Assembly (NCBI GenBank): GCA_016294105.1
Contig: JAEDCN010000009.1
Span: forward strand, 4,867-68,866
Direction: 5' to 3'
DNA length: 64,000 nucleotides
Source: Treponema sp.
GTDB taxonomy: Bacteria > Spirochaetota > Spirochaetia > Treponematales > Treponemataceae
The notes under the pieces are model-generated. The model had not been told where the DNA came from, ran no database searches, and saw only the letters and a list, made by a program, of their open reading frames with translations. Shown in pieces: positions 47,378 to 56,569 of the stretch (position 1 is the first letter of the stretch; the number at the start of each line of letters is the position of its first letter). Position numbers and translations under genes: made by a program.

Positions 47378-48662
47378 AATATTTTCGTCCCAGCTGTACT
47401 ACGGTGTCAATTACCCGTTCCACCATTTCCTGGCTCATGCCAGGCCAAAATGGCAGAGAAAAGCTTGTTTCAAAGCGTTTCTGGGCATTGGGATAGTCAG
47501 CAGCATCAAGACCAAAGGTTTGACGAAGATAGGACAGACGGAAATGGGGAATAAAGTGCATGGAAATACCCAAGCCTGCTTCCTGGAGCTTTTGGGTAAA
47601 CTCATTACGAGTAATTGTAAGTTTTTCTGGGACCACCCGCAAAATATACAGATGCCAAGCATTTCCGTCACCATCAGGAGGCAGCTGCAAAAAGTCACAA
47701 TCAGCAAAGGCTTTGTTGTATTGCTGGGCAATGGCCTTTCGCTGCTGGAATAGAAGGTCTGCCTTTTGCAGCTGCACCCGCCCCATGGCTGCCAGTACAT
47801 CTGGCAAATTAAACTTATAACCGGGAGCCACCACATCGTATTCCCAGGAAGCCTTTTCTGAGGTGTAGCGGTTCCACACTGGCCGGTCTATGCCGTGCAT
47901 TCGCATGGTGGACATGAACTTATGATACTCAGGATTTTTAGTACAGACCATGCCCCCTTCCGCCGTAGTAATGGTTTTGGTGGCATAAAAAGAATAGACG
48001 CCAATGTCTCCCAAGGTTCCTGCATAGCCATTCTTTGTTTTTGAAGGAAAGGCATGGGCAGCATCCTCCACCACAGGCACTCCGTATTTGGCTGCAATGG
48101 CACAAATCTCTTCCATGTTGCAGGGAAGCCCAGCAATATGTACTGGCACCACCGCCCGAATATCCTTGTCTTGAGCCAATCGCCGCTCCACCTCAGCAGG
48201 ATCTATGTTGTAGCCATCAGCTTCCACGTCGGCATACACCACGCCACCACCAAGATGGCAGGCAGCAGTAGCGGTGGACACAAAGGTATAAGGTGTGGTA
48301 AGGATTTTTCCCGGTGTGGAATATTTTTTTCCTGAAGTAAAAAATCCTGAATGAGCAGTACCTTCGGAACTGGCACCACCTTCGGTATTGGAGGTAACCC
48401 AATCAAAGCCCACACCACAGGCTTGGTAAGCCAACTGCAAGCCACTGGTGGCACTATTTACCGCCAGCGCCTTTACACCAGCTACCCCACCTTCAGCTCC
48501 ACCAACAAAGCTGGCGAACTCCTGCTCAAAGGACAAAGCTTCCTTGGCGGTGGTGAGCCAGCCAGAATCCATTACCCGAAGCACCGCATCCTTTTCTTCC
48601 TGTCCAAGGGCTGGCACAGAAAAGGGGATAAAATCAAGGGACTGCTCATTGGCCTTGCTCAT
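47367..48662 (-). CDS. DegT/DnrJ/EryC1/StrS-family sugar aminotransferase (PglE-like)
   Basis: VMDSGWLTT, then SATSGL and YSFYATKTITTAEGG, which contains the PLP lysine. Confidence 0.9.
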   Translation of the reverse strand: MSKANEQSLDFIPFSVPALGQEEKDAVLRVMDSGWLTTAKEALSFEQEFASFVGGAEGGVAGVKALAVNSATSGLQLAYQACGVGFDWVTSNTEGGASSEGTAHSGFFTSGKKYSTPGKILTTPYTFVSTATAACHLGGGVVYADVEADGYNIDPAEVERRLAQDKDIRAVVPVHIAGLPCNMEEICAIAAKYGVPVVEDAAHAFPSKTKNGYAGTLGDIGVYSFYATKTITTAEGGMVCTKNPEYHKFMSTMRMHGIDRPVWNRYTSEKASWEYDVVAPGYKFNLPDVLAAMGRVQLQKADLLFQQRKAIAQQYNKAFADCDFLQLPPDGDGNAWHLYILRVVPEKLTITRNEFTQKLQEAGLGISMHFIPHFRLSYLRQTFGLDAADYPNAQKRFETSFSLPFWPGMSQEMVERVIDTVVQLGRKYYGN

Positions 48663-50133
48663 CGTAAAACTCCTTTAACGAGGGAACTGCATCACAAAGG
48701 GTTTGCACAAGGTATTCCCCATTTCGGTACAATTCAGCCTTGGCGGGATTAAACATACAGGTTGGTGCTAATTTATCCAGCAATGCGTTCAAGCTTTCTC
48801 CCATGGAAGTGCTGCGGAGCCGTAAAATTTTGGGATACTCCGTGGGAGTAGGCTCCTCCTCCTCCAGCCACAAGGGTTCGTCCAACCGCTCCCCCTTCCG
48901 CAATCCGGTGAGAACAATGTCCACATCCTTGTAGGGTTCATAACCAGAAAAGCGAATCACCTGTTCCGCCAAGTCAAGAATTTTCACTGGTTCTCCCATG
49001 TCCAAAAGGTAGGTGGAACCATTTTGTCCCACTCCGCCAGTTTCCAGTACCAAGGAACAAGCCTCTGGAATGGTCATGAAATAACGCTTCATCTCAGGAT
49101 GAGTTACCGTCAGGGGCAATCCCGTTTTAAGCTGGTCCATAAACACTGGCAGCACCGAACCTCGTGAACCAAGTACATTACCAAAGCGAACGAACATAAA
49201 GGAATCCTGCACCCGCGCCTTGTTGGCAGCATCCAACACCAGCTTTTCACAGAGCATCTTTGACACACCGTACACAGAAACAGGAGACACCGCCTTATCG
49301 GTGGAAATCAGCACAAAACGATGGACCCCGTTTTCCAAGGCTGCATCCAGCAGGTTTTTTGTTCCAAAAACATTATTTTCAATCACCGCCACAGGATTTT
49401 CTTCCATCAGGGGAACGTGCTTGTAGGCAGCACAGTGGAAAATAACATCACAGCGAAGCTTAGAAACAATGTGGCGGGTATATTCCCTATCCTTCAAATC
49501 ACCAATAATAGGAATGATGGTGGCCTTCTCCCCTACTCCTTCCCGCTGCAGGGTTCTCAGCTCACGGTCAATCAAATAGATGGAGTTTTCTCCGTGGCCC
49601 AAAAGATAGAGCCGCTGGGCACCTCCCGACAAAAGCTGGCGGGCCAACTCGGAACCGATTGAACCACCAGCTCCTGTAATCAGCACCCGCCGTCCCCGCA
49701 GGTAGGCCAAGCTCTTTTTCAAAGGGATGGTTACTGGAGTTCTTCCTAAAATGTCCAAGGGATCAATTTCACGAGTTTGAATAAAGTGAGCGTTTCCGTC
49801 TATAATTTGCGAAATGGCAGGCAAAATCTTAATGCGACTAAAACCACGCTTTCGCAGACAATCGTACACCGTTCTGATTCTGTCGTTGGGAGTGCTGGGC
49901 ATGGCGATAATAGCCTCATCACCATCCTCATAGCCCAAAATGGGGATGGTCTTGTCTATGGGGCCCAGCACAGGAATGCCATCAATCTCAGAACCAATGA
50001 TGTTGGCATCATCGTCAAGAAAGGCTACCACCCGACCAAAAATCTTTTTCCGGGCAATTTCTTCCGCAATCATCTGGCCTGCAAAGCCAGCCCCAATTAT
50101 GTACAATTTCTTTCCAGTCTGCCCAATCTTCAT
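48646..50133 (-). CDS. CapD/PglF/WbpM-like nucleotide-sugar 4,6-dehydratase
   Basis: VLITGAGGSIGSEL, then HCAAYKHVP and LISTDKAV. Confidence 0.88.
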   Translation of the reverse strand: MKIGQTGKKLYIIGAGFAGQMIAEEIARKKIFGRVVAFLDDDANIIGSEIDGIPVLGPIDKTIPILGYEDGDEAIIAMPSTPNDRIRTVYDCLRKRGFSRIKILPAISQIIDGNAHFIQTREIDPLDILGRTPVTIPLKKSLAYLRGRRVLITGAGGSIGSELARQLLSGGAQRLYLLGHGENSIYLIDRELRTLQREGVGEKATIIPIIGDLKDREYTRHIVSKLRCDVIFHCAAYKHVPLMEENPVAVIENNVFGTKNLLDAALENGVHRFVLISTDKAVSPVSVYGVSKMLCEKLVLDAANKARVQDSFMFVRFGNVLGSRGSVLPVFMDQLKTGLPLTVTHPEMKRYFMTIPEACSLVLETGGVGQNGSTYLLDMGEPVKILDLAEQVIRFSGYEPYKDVDIVLTGLRKGERLDEPLWLEEEEPTPTEYPKILRLRSTSMGESLNALLDKLAPTCMFNPAKAELYRNGEYLVQTLCDAVPSLKEFYDEQGQ

Positions 50134-50379
50134 ATAGCAAAACTATAGCACACAAAAATCATTTCTTCAACGAAAACTCGTTGAAATGAAGGGAAAATTG
50201 TCATGACTTTTGCAACTAGTTCTAATCTCTAAAAAAAAAAAGTCGATAAATAAAAAGGTGTCCTTTTAAAATCTAAGGAAAGCCAATAAACGCTTCTTTT
50301 CTGTAAATTCCAGGGGGAATCCTTTCCAAGGAAATTTCATGGAAAAGGAGTATTCTGACAACATACCTGTTGTCTGGGG

Positions 50380-50904
50380 GTGGGAATGAATAAAAAGAAT
50401 CCGCTGGTCTGGTGGTTTTGTCTCCTCTTTTGCCTTGTAGCCTTGCCTGCAGGTGCAACCACAATCTCCATTCAGATTGTACAGATGGACGATGTCCATG
50501 GAGATGTAACTGATTCCTCATTGCTGATTGAAGAAAGCATTATGGATTTTATGTTTTCACAGGGTTACATCGTATCAAATTCACCTATCATCTCTGACAA
50601 GGAAAAGGCACAAAACGGTATGATTCTCTCCCTGGATGATGCCATTAACGGTGGTGCCGACTACCTTGCATATATCACCGTTTATTTTAACCGAAAGAAA
50701 TCAACTGCATCAGAGTTGAACCTCCTTTCCAACATTGAGCTGGCCCAATGGAGCATAGTAAAGGTGCGGGATAGACAACAAATTGATGCAGGCACAGAAA
50801 AACCAGGACAACTGGTACAAATGGATAATTCTGAAAAAGGTATTAACACCTTTGGACAACAATTAGCAAAGGTTATCAATACTGCATTGCGGAAGAAAAA
50901 CTAG
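50380..50904 (+). CDS. Secreted protein of unknown function
   Basis: The signal peptide is LVWWFCLLFCLVALPAGA. Confidence 0.5.
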   Translation: MGMNKKNPLVWWFCLLFCLVALPAGATTISIQIVQMDDVHGDVTDSSLLIEESIMDFMFSQGYIVSNSPIISDKEKAQNGMILSLDDAINGGADYLAYITVYFNRKKSTASELNLLSNIELAQWSIVKVRDRQQIDAGTEKPGQLVQMDNSEKGINTFGQQLAKVINTALRKKN

Positions 50905-50920
50905 AAAAAGAGGATAGATT

Positions 50921-52297
50921 ATGAGACGGTTTATTTTTTCATTGCTGATTATTTCATTGACTGCAACCCTTGCTTTTGCCACCTCTAAGCCATCCTTGGA
51001 TGGACGGGCAGTGGTAGCTGAAGAAGGCGTGCTCCCTGCAGGCTTGTTTGCAAAGACAGTGGGTTATTTGCCTGGAGACAGCGTCAGTGTTACCAACCCT
51101 GCCACAGGAATCACCATCAACGTGTTGATTCTTGGCTCCATTGACCCTTCCGCTGGGGTAGCAATCCTTCTTTCACCAGAAGCTGCCGACAAGCTTTTCA
51201 TTACTCCAGACTCAAATACCCAAGTAAAGATTACCAAGCGAACTGGAATGTTGGATGAAGCTGGTTCTGGCTCGGGAACTTTGGTGGCAGACACATCTAC
51301 TGACCCCCTGTTGCCTAACCAGATTAAAGACGACTTGGATTCCAAGCTCAATTCCTTGGATGAAACCTTGGGTACAGCCAGCACCGAAGAAAAAGTTCCT
51401 GAAGAAGCCCTGACAGAAGCAGCTTTGGCAGAAGGAGCCATGGCCTATGTACCAGCTACAGAGGAAGCTGCCCATACACCAGAAGAGGTTGCAATTACTT
51501 CCGTAGAAGAAGTGCCCATGAACCACGTGCTGTCTGAGCATGATCCAGTTTACATCGTGGAATCCCTCAGTGAAGATCCCTTCTCAGGCTTTGAAACTGA
51601 ACCTGAGCTAGCTGCAATTACCCCTGAGGAAGAACCTACAGAAGAAACTTTATCTGAAGAAGTCTCAGAAGAAGATACTACAGAAGAACCAGATGGCGAA
51701 TCAGTTGCAGAAGAAATTGAAGAAGCCATTGTACTGATTTCAGAGGAATCAGCACTGGAAACTTCAGAGGAATCCACACTGACTCCTCTGGACGAATGGC
51801 CTTCTTCAGAAGATACCACCTTTGCAGACGAATACCTGGCAGCAGATGATGCTTCTTTGGTGGATCCCTTTGCACCAATCATTCTGGTTCCAGCAGAGGA
51901 AAATCCACCAGTGGAAGAAACCCCAGCTGAGGAAATTCCTCCAGCAGTGGAAGCAGAATCCACCTTTGTTCCCGTACCTGTTGAAAGTGCTGTAACAAAG
52001 AGTGCAACACCTTCCAGCAGCTTGGGAACGACAGCCCAGAAGGACATGATAAAATCCCTTGACCAGCTTGAGTCAGGCAAATATTACGTCCAGGTTGCTA
52101 CCTTTGCAGAGCAGGAAAACATCCATCGGATGTTGAAGGACTACGGCAGCAAGTACCCCTTTGTTATGGTTCCCCTGAAAAGCGGTAAGGCCATGCAGAT
52201 GATGGTTGGCCCCTTGAATGTTGATGAATACGGAGCAATTTTGGCTCGCTTCAAAAGCCTTGGTTTCAAAGACGCTTTTTTAAGAAAGATAAGATAA
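50921..52297 (+). CDS. SPOR-domain (septal peptidoglycan-binding) protein with a long acidic low-complexity linker
   Basis: The C-terminal SPOR pattern is YYVQVATFAEQENIHRMLKDY...GFKDAFLRK. The middle of the protein is E/T/P/A-rich. Confidence 0.8.
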   Translation: MRRFIFSLLIISLTATLAFATSKPSLDGRAVVAEEGVLPAGLFAKTVGYLPGDSVSVTNPATGITINVLILGSIDPSAGVAILLSPEAADKLFITPDSNTQVKITKRTGMLDEAGSGSGTLVADTSTDPLLPNQIKDDLDSKLNSLDETLGTASTEEKVPEEALTEAALAEGAMAYVPATEEAAHTPEEVAITSVEEVPMNHVLSEHDPVYIVESLSEDPFSGFETEPELAAITPEEEPTEETLSEEVSEEDTTEEPDGESVAEEIEEAIVLISEESALETSEESTLTPLDEWPSSEDTTFADEYLAADDASLVDPFAPIILVPAEENPPVEETPAEEIPPAVEAESTFVPVPVESAVTKSATPSSSLGTTAQKDMIKSLDQLESGKYYVQVATFAEQENIHRMLKDYGSKYPFVMVPLKSGKAMQMMVGPLNVDEYGAILARFKSLGFKDAFLRKIR

Positions 52298-52306
52298 TAG
52301 TTACCC

Positions 52307-52340
52307 AGTGGCCAGTTCCAAACTGGTCACTTTTTTTTTT
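52307..52340 (+). terminator. Rho-independent terminator of the SPOR gene
   Basis: GTGGCCAGTT cca AACTGGTCAC followed by T10. Confidence 0.8.
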
Positions 52341-52341
52341 G

Positions 52342-52375
52342 AAAAAAAACGACTCGATATACATCGAGTCGTTTT
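52342..52375 (-). terminator. Rho-independent terminator of glgC
   Basis: ACGACTCGAT...ATCGAGTCGT with a T-run on the minus strand. Confidence 0.75.
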
Positions 52376-52425
52376 AATGGAGTTAAAACTACTAAAGTTA
52401 GTTTAGAAAAATGTACCAGGCTGGC

Positions 52426-53697
52426 TTAGAAAATTGTACCAGCTGGAATTATTGCATTCTTCCGGATAATGATGATTCCATTAGAAGTGAAGAACTCCCC
52501 ATGTTCACCGTCTTCATATACCTTGCCATTTACACCAATCTGACAGTTATCACCAATGTGAGCGTTCTTGTCTATGATTGTATTGGCAATCTTACAGTTG
52601 CGACCAATTCCCAAGTGAGGAATACCCCGCTCTGCAGCAAGCTTCTTCTGCTCCTCGTTTTCGTAGCTGTCGGCACCCATACAGATAACACCGTTCAACT
52701 CAGTACCACCTTCGATTATGGTACGTACACCGATAATGGAGTCGTTGATGACAGCATCGGTAATAACACAACCTTCTGTGGCCAAGGAACGGTTCATCTC
52801 TGCTCTGTTCAGCTTGGAAGGAGGCAGATTACGAGGATGGGTATAAATGGGCTGATCCTCATCGTAGAAATTAAATTTAGGATTAATGCGGGTAAGATCA
52901 AGATTTGCATCATAGAAGCTACGGATGGTTCCGATATCCTCCCAATAGCCGTTATAGATGTAGGACTGTACCTTTGACTTCTTGATGGCCATAGGAATGA
53001 TTTCCTTACCAAAATCAGTAAAGTCATTGTCCAAGGCTGCACGCATGGTATCAGCATTAAAGATGTAAATACCCATAGAAGCCAAGTAATCCTTGCCTTC
53101 GGGCAGACCATCACGTGCATTTTCAGGAATCTTCCAGTCATCAATGTTCAAATCAGCAGCAGGTTTTTCCATAAAGGCTGTAATACGCTGCTTTTTGTCA
53201 ATCTTCATGATACCAAAGCCAGAAGCATCCTCACGATTTACGCAGGTGGTGGCAATAGAAATATCTGCACCAGAAGCAATGTGCTTGTCCAAGAAAGCCT
53301 TCAAGTCCATGCGATACAACTGGTCGCCAGAAAGGATAATATAGTGGGTGGGATTTTGGGTTTCAAAGTGAACAAAGTTCTTGCGAACAGCGTCAGCAGT
53401 TCCCTCGTACCAACCAGAATGCTCCAAGGTCTGCTCTGCTGCCAAAATCTCAACAAAACCGTGGGTAAATCGGTCAAAGTTGTATGCCTTGGAAATATGC
53501 ATGTGCAAGGATGCAGAGTTAAACTGAGTCAAGATATAAATCTGACGGAAACCTGAGTTGATACAGTTTGAAATTGGAATGTCAACAATTCTATGCCGAC
53601 CACCAAAGGGTACTGCAGGCTTGGAACGTTCCTTTGTCAAGGGATATAGACGAGTTCCCTTTCCGCCACCAAGAATAATTGATAAGACCTTTGCCAT
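52426..53697 (-). CDS. glgC: Glucose-1-phosphate adenylyltransferase
   Basis: I prefer the ATG at 53697 (MAKVLSIILGGGKGTRLYPLT), after GGAGG. There is a left-handed beta-helix C-terminus. Confidence 0.92.
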   Translation of the reverse strand: MAKVLSIILGGGKGTRLYPLTKERSKPAVPFGGRHRIVDIPISNCINSGFRQIYILTQFNSASLHMHISKAYNFDRFTHGFVEILAAEQTLEHSGWYEGTADAVRKNFVHFETQNPTHYIILSGDQLYRMDLKAFLDKHIASGADISIATTCVNREDASGFGIMKIDKKQRITAFMEKPAADLNIDDWKIPENARDGLPEGKDYLASMGIYIFNADTMRAALDNDFTDFGKEIIPMAIKKSKVQSYIYNGYWEDIGTIRSFYDANLDLTRINPKFNFYDEDQPIYTHPRNLPPSKLNRAEMNRSLATEGCVITDAVINDSIIGVRTIIEGGTELNGVICMGADSYENEEQKKLAAERGIPHLGIGRNCKIANTIIDKNAHIGDNCQIGVNGKVYEDGEHGEFFTSNGIIIIRKNAIIPAGTIF

Positions 53698-53901
53698 ATT
53701 ACCTCCGAAATTACTTACAGCACACACAAGAATTTCCTCCCCACAGGAAATTGAGGTTAACTTGGGCCCCAATTCAAGCTGATTCAACAATTACTCTTCT
53801 TGCGTTATTGTATCAGTATAAACCTCTTAGGCAGAAAATGCAATTAAATTTTTATACAAAAAAAAACCTCCAAAATCACAAGGATTTGGAGGTTGAAAAG
53901 A

Positions 53902-55266
53902 TTATGCAGGACGACCTTCTGGCAAGGGCTTTATCTCCTTGTTATAGGTTTTCCGAATAAATATGGTACAGAGGATAACTGCAGCCACATCAGCCAAGGG
54001 AAAAGCCCACCATACCAAGTGAAGATTTCCCGTTCTGGCCATGAGCCAAGCGATTGGCAGCAAAACTGTTAACTGACGTACCAGAGAAACGTTCATGCTC
54101 AACACCCCCTTTCCCAAGGCTTGGAACACAGAACCACACACAATGCCGTAGCCTGCCATCAAAAAGCTGATGCTGATAATCCGTAGGGCTGGTACACCGA
54201 TTTCAATCATTTCGGGAGAAGCCTTAAAGAAGGACAACAGAGTAACTGGGAATATCTGGAAGATGGCAAATCCCACCGTCATGATGATTGTGGCATAGAT
54301 AATGCACAGAATAATGGTTTTCTTGATGCGGAGCCTGTTCTGGGCACCGTAATTGTAGGAAACAATGGGAATCATTCCATTGTTAAGACCAAATACTGGC
54401 ATAAAAACAAAGCTATTGAGCTTGATGTACACACCAAAAACTGCAGTGGCAGTGGAGGTAAAGGCCATGAGAATCTTGTTCATTCCAAAGGTCATGACAG
54501 ATACAATGGAAGCCATGATGATAGAAGGAATTCCGATGGCATAAATGGCACGAATTGTTTGCAGGTGAGGACGGAAATGCTTTACATCCAGCTTTACCTC
54601 GTGGTTTCTTGTTACATTGAAGAAGATGGAAAGGAACATACCAGCAATCTGTCCAATGACGGTAGCCCAGGCTGCTCCCGCCACACCCAAAGCAGGAAAT
54701 CCCAAGAGACCAAAAATCAGGATGGGATCAAGGATGATGTTGATGACAGCACCGGCTCCCTGGGTAAACATAGTGTAAACGGTTTTTCCCGTAGCCTGCA
54801 AGATTCTGTCGTTGGTAATCTGAAGGAAAAGACCAAAGCTCATGATGGAACAGATTTTCAGGTAGTCGCAGCCATACTGAATGATTTCTAGGTCGGAGGT
54901 TTGAGTTTGGAAAAATAAGGGAGTGAAGAACAGTCCGAACACGATGAACAGAAGGCTACTACAAATAGACAAGAACAGACCGTTGGAAGCCACCTTACCT
55001 ACTGCCTTAAAATCCTTTCGTCCCAAATTCATGGACAAAAGGGCATTGATACCAACACCAGTACCTGTGGAAATGGCAATCATTAGGTTTTGGATGGGAA
55101 AGGAAAGAGATACGGCGGTAAGAGCCTTTTCGCTAATTCTCGCTACGAAGATACTGTCCACCACATTGTACAAGGCTGTTACCAGCATTGCCACAATCAT
55201 TGGAAGGGACATGGTGATTATCAATCGGTTTACGGGCATAACGCCCATTTTATTTTCTTGCTGCAT
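53902..55266 (-). CDS. MATE-family efflux transporter
   Basis: 454 aa with 12 predicted TM segments. The N-terminus MPVNRLIITMSLPMIVAMLVTALYNVVDSIFV is typical of the family. Confidence 0.88.
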   Translation of the reverse strand: MQQENKMGVMPVNRLIITMSLPMIVAMLVTALYNVVDSIFVARISEKALTAVSLSFPIQNLMIAISTGTGVGINALLSMNLGRKDFKAVGKVASNGLFLSICSSLLFIVFGLFFTPLFFQTQTSDLEIIQYGCDYLKICSIMSFGLFLQITNDRILQATGKTVYTMFTQGAGAVINIILDPILIFGLLGFPALGVAGAAWATVIGQIAGMFLSIFFNVTRNHEVKLDVKHFRPHLQTIRAIYAIGIPSIIMASIVSVMTFGMNKILMAFTSTATAVFGVYIKLNSFVFMPVFGLNNGMIPIVSYNYGAQNRLRIKKTIILCIIYATIIMTVGFAIFQIFPVTLLSFFKASPEMIEIGVPALRIISISFLMAGYGIVCGSVFQALGKGVLSMNVSLVRQLTVLLPIAWLMARTGNLHLVWWAFPLADVAAVILCTIFIRKTYNKEIKPLPEGRPA

Positions 55267-55390
55267 TGCTTACTCCGAACCAAGAGAACGTAAAATTTTC
55301 ACAAATAATACATCAAAACGTAAAAAAAAGCAAATATAGCAAGAAAAAGAAAATCAACTAAAGTGAGCCTTAACCGCCGTACAGCAGAAC

Positions 55391-56323
55391 TTAAATTTTA
55401 TCCACCGTGAGAGACTGGTTGGTGGTAAAACTTTTTCCCGGCTGTAAGGTCACCAGCCCAGCCTTTTCTTCCCATCGATGGTTTGTATCTGCACAATCAG
55501 GCAAACCATACCAGGGCTCTATGCACACAAAGGGATGCTGTTCAGAAGGACTTTGCCATAGCACCAGATACGGGTAGCCGTCAGTGTTCACCTTTACCCT
55601 ATCACCAGTGACGGTATTTTCCAAAGCCACCCACCGTGAGGTAAAATTGGTGAGAATGTGACCGCTAGCAAAAAATCCATCCTGCAGCTTAATCTGTCCT
55701 GAGGTAATGTGGGGATACGGAATTGTTTGGGGTACAAAGCTTTTTTTCTGAGACTGGCCATTTTCTTCAGCCTGCCAAGAGCCCAGAGGAAATCCGTCGA
55801 CTGAAACTTGAACAAAATCAGGCACCTCCTGCTGCTCAAATCGAATTACAAAGTCATCCTTTGAAGAGCCTGCCCAAGGATAGACCAATCCAGTGTGGCT
55901 TCCAATACTGAAAGAAAGTTCCTCCTGCCCGGAATTAGTAACTGTAGTACAAAATACCAAGGTGGAGCCTTCCAATCGATACTCCGTCTCCAGCACAAAG
56001 GGCCAAGGAAAGAGCTTGTGGGTATATTCACCGTCAGTGAGTCGCCACAAAACTCTAGTGGCAGAGGATTTCACCACGGTATGCTCTAAGTCACGAGCAA
56101 AGCCATGGTTTGTTAAAGGATATTCCTTTTCCTGCCAAAGATAATAGCCATCCTTGAGACGGCTTACAATGGGAAAGAGAATGGGAGCGCGGAATTTCCA
56201 TACCTGGGGATTACCGTTCCAGATATGCTCTACACCAGTGGAACGATTCTTAAAAGAAAGAAGCTGGGCACCACTACTTGAAATACAGGCTTGAAAGCCA
56301 TCGTTGCTAAGGGTAATTTCCAT
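55391..56323 (-). CDS. Aldose 1-epimerase (galactose mutarotase-like) family protein
   Basis: 310 aa with LFPIVSRL, HGFAR and EPWYG-type blocks. Confidence 0.8.
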   Translation of the reverse strand: MEITLSNDGFQACISSSGAQLLSFKNRSTGVEHIWNGNPQVWKFRAPILFPIVSRLKDGYYLWQEKEYPLTNHGFARDLEHTVVKSSATRVLWRLTDGEYTHKLFPWPFVLETEYRLEGSTLVFCTTVTNSGQEELSFSIGSHTGLVYPWAGSSKDDFVIRFEQQEVPDFVQVSVDGFPLGSWQAEENGQSQKKSFVPQTIPYPHITSGQIKLQDGFFASGHILTNFTSRWVALENTVTGDRVKVNTDGYPYLVLWQSPSEQHPFVCIEPWYGLPDCADTNHRWEEKAGLVTLQPGKSFTTNQSLTVDKI

Positions 56324-56376
56324 AGAATTAGTTTACAGGAATTGGTAAATCAGAACAACTGTTTAAAATAAAAAAA

Positions 56377-56484
56377 GCTGGCAACTACCTACTTTCCCGC
56401 GGATGCAGTATCATCGGCGTTGGAGGGCTTGACTTCCGTGTTCGGGATGGGAACGGGTATTGCACCTCTACCATGGTCACCAGC
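56377..56484 (-). rRNA. rrf: 5S ribosomal RNA
   Basis: The minus strand reads GCTGGTGACCATGGTAGAGGTGCAATACCCGTTCCCATCCCGAACACGGAAGTCAAGCCCTCCAACGCCGATGATACTGCATCCGCGGGAAAGTAGGTAGTTGCCAGC. The conserved CCGAAC...GAAGT...CGCCGATG...AGTAGG blocks are present, and helix I pairs GCTGGTGAC with GTTGCCAGC. A T-run follows the 3' end. Confidence 0.93.
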
Positions 56485-56493
56485 AATGATTGG

Positions 56494-56522
56494 ATAATAG
56501 CAGAGGAATTATTTTTTGTCAA
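56494..56522 (-). promoter_or_regulatory. Near-consensus sigma70 promoter driving the 5S gene
   Basis: On the minus strand: TTGACA (56522-56517), a 17-nt spacer, and TATTAT (56499-56494). The -10 box ends 9 nt before the mature 5S 5' end. Confidence 0.75.
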
Positions 56523-56528
56523 GTTAAA

Positions 56529-56562
56529 ACTGCAAAAAAAATAAAAATTTCTTGCAGTTTTT
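56529..56562 (-). terminator. Terminator hairpin after hydE
   Basis: CTGCAA...TTGCAG stem with T-runs on both strands, located between the hydE stop and the 5S promoter. Confidence 0.6.
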
Positions 56563-56569
56563 TTCCTCC

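Noticed and set aside
51550-52080. A 176-aa minus-strand Ser-rich ORF
   Set aside because: It is antisense to the acidic low-complexity linker of the SPOR protein, so it is a repeat-composition artefact.
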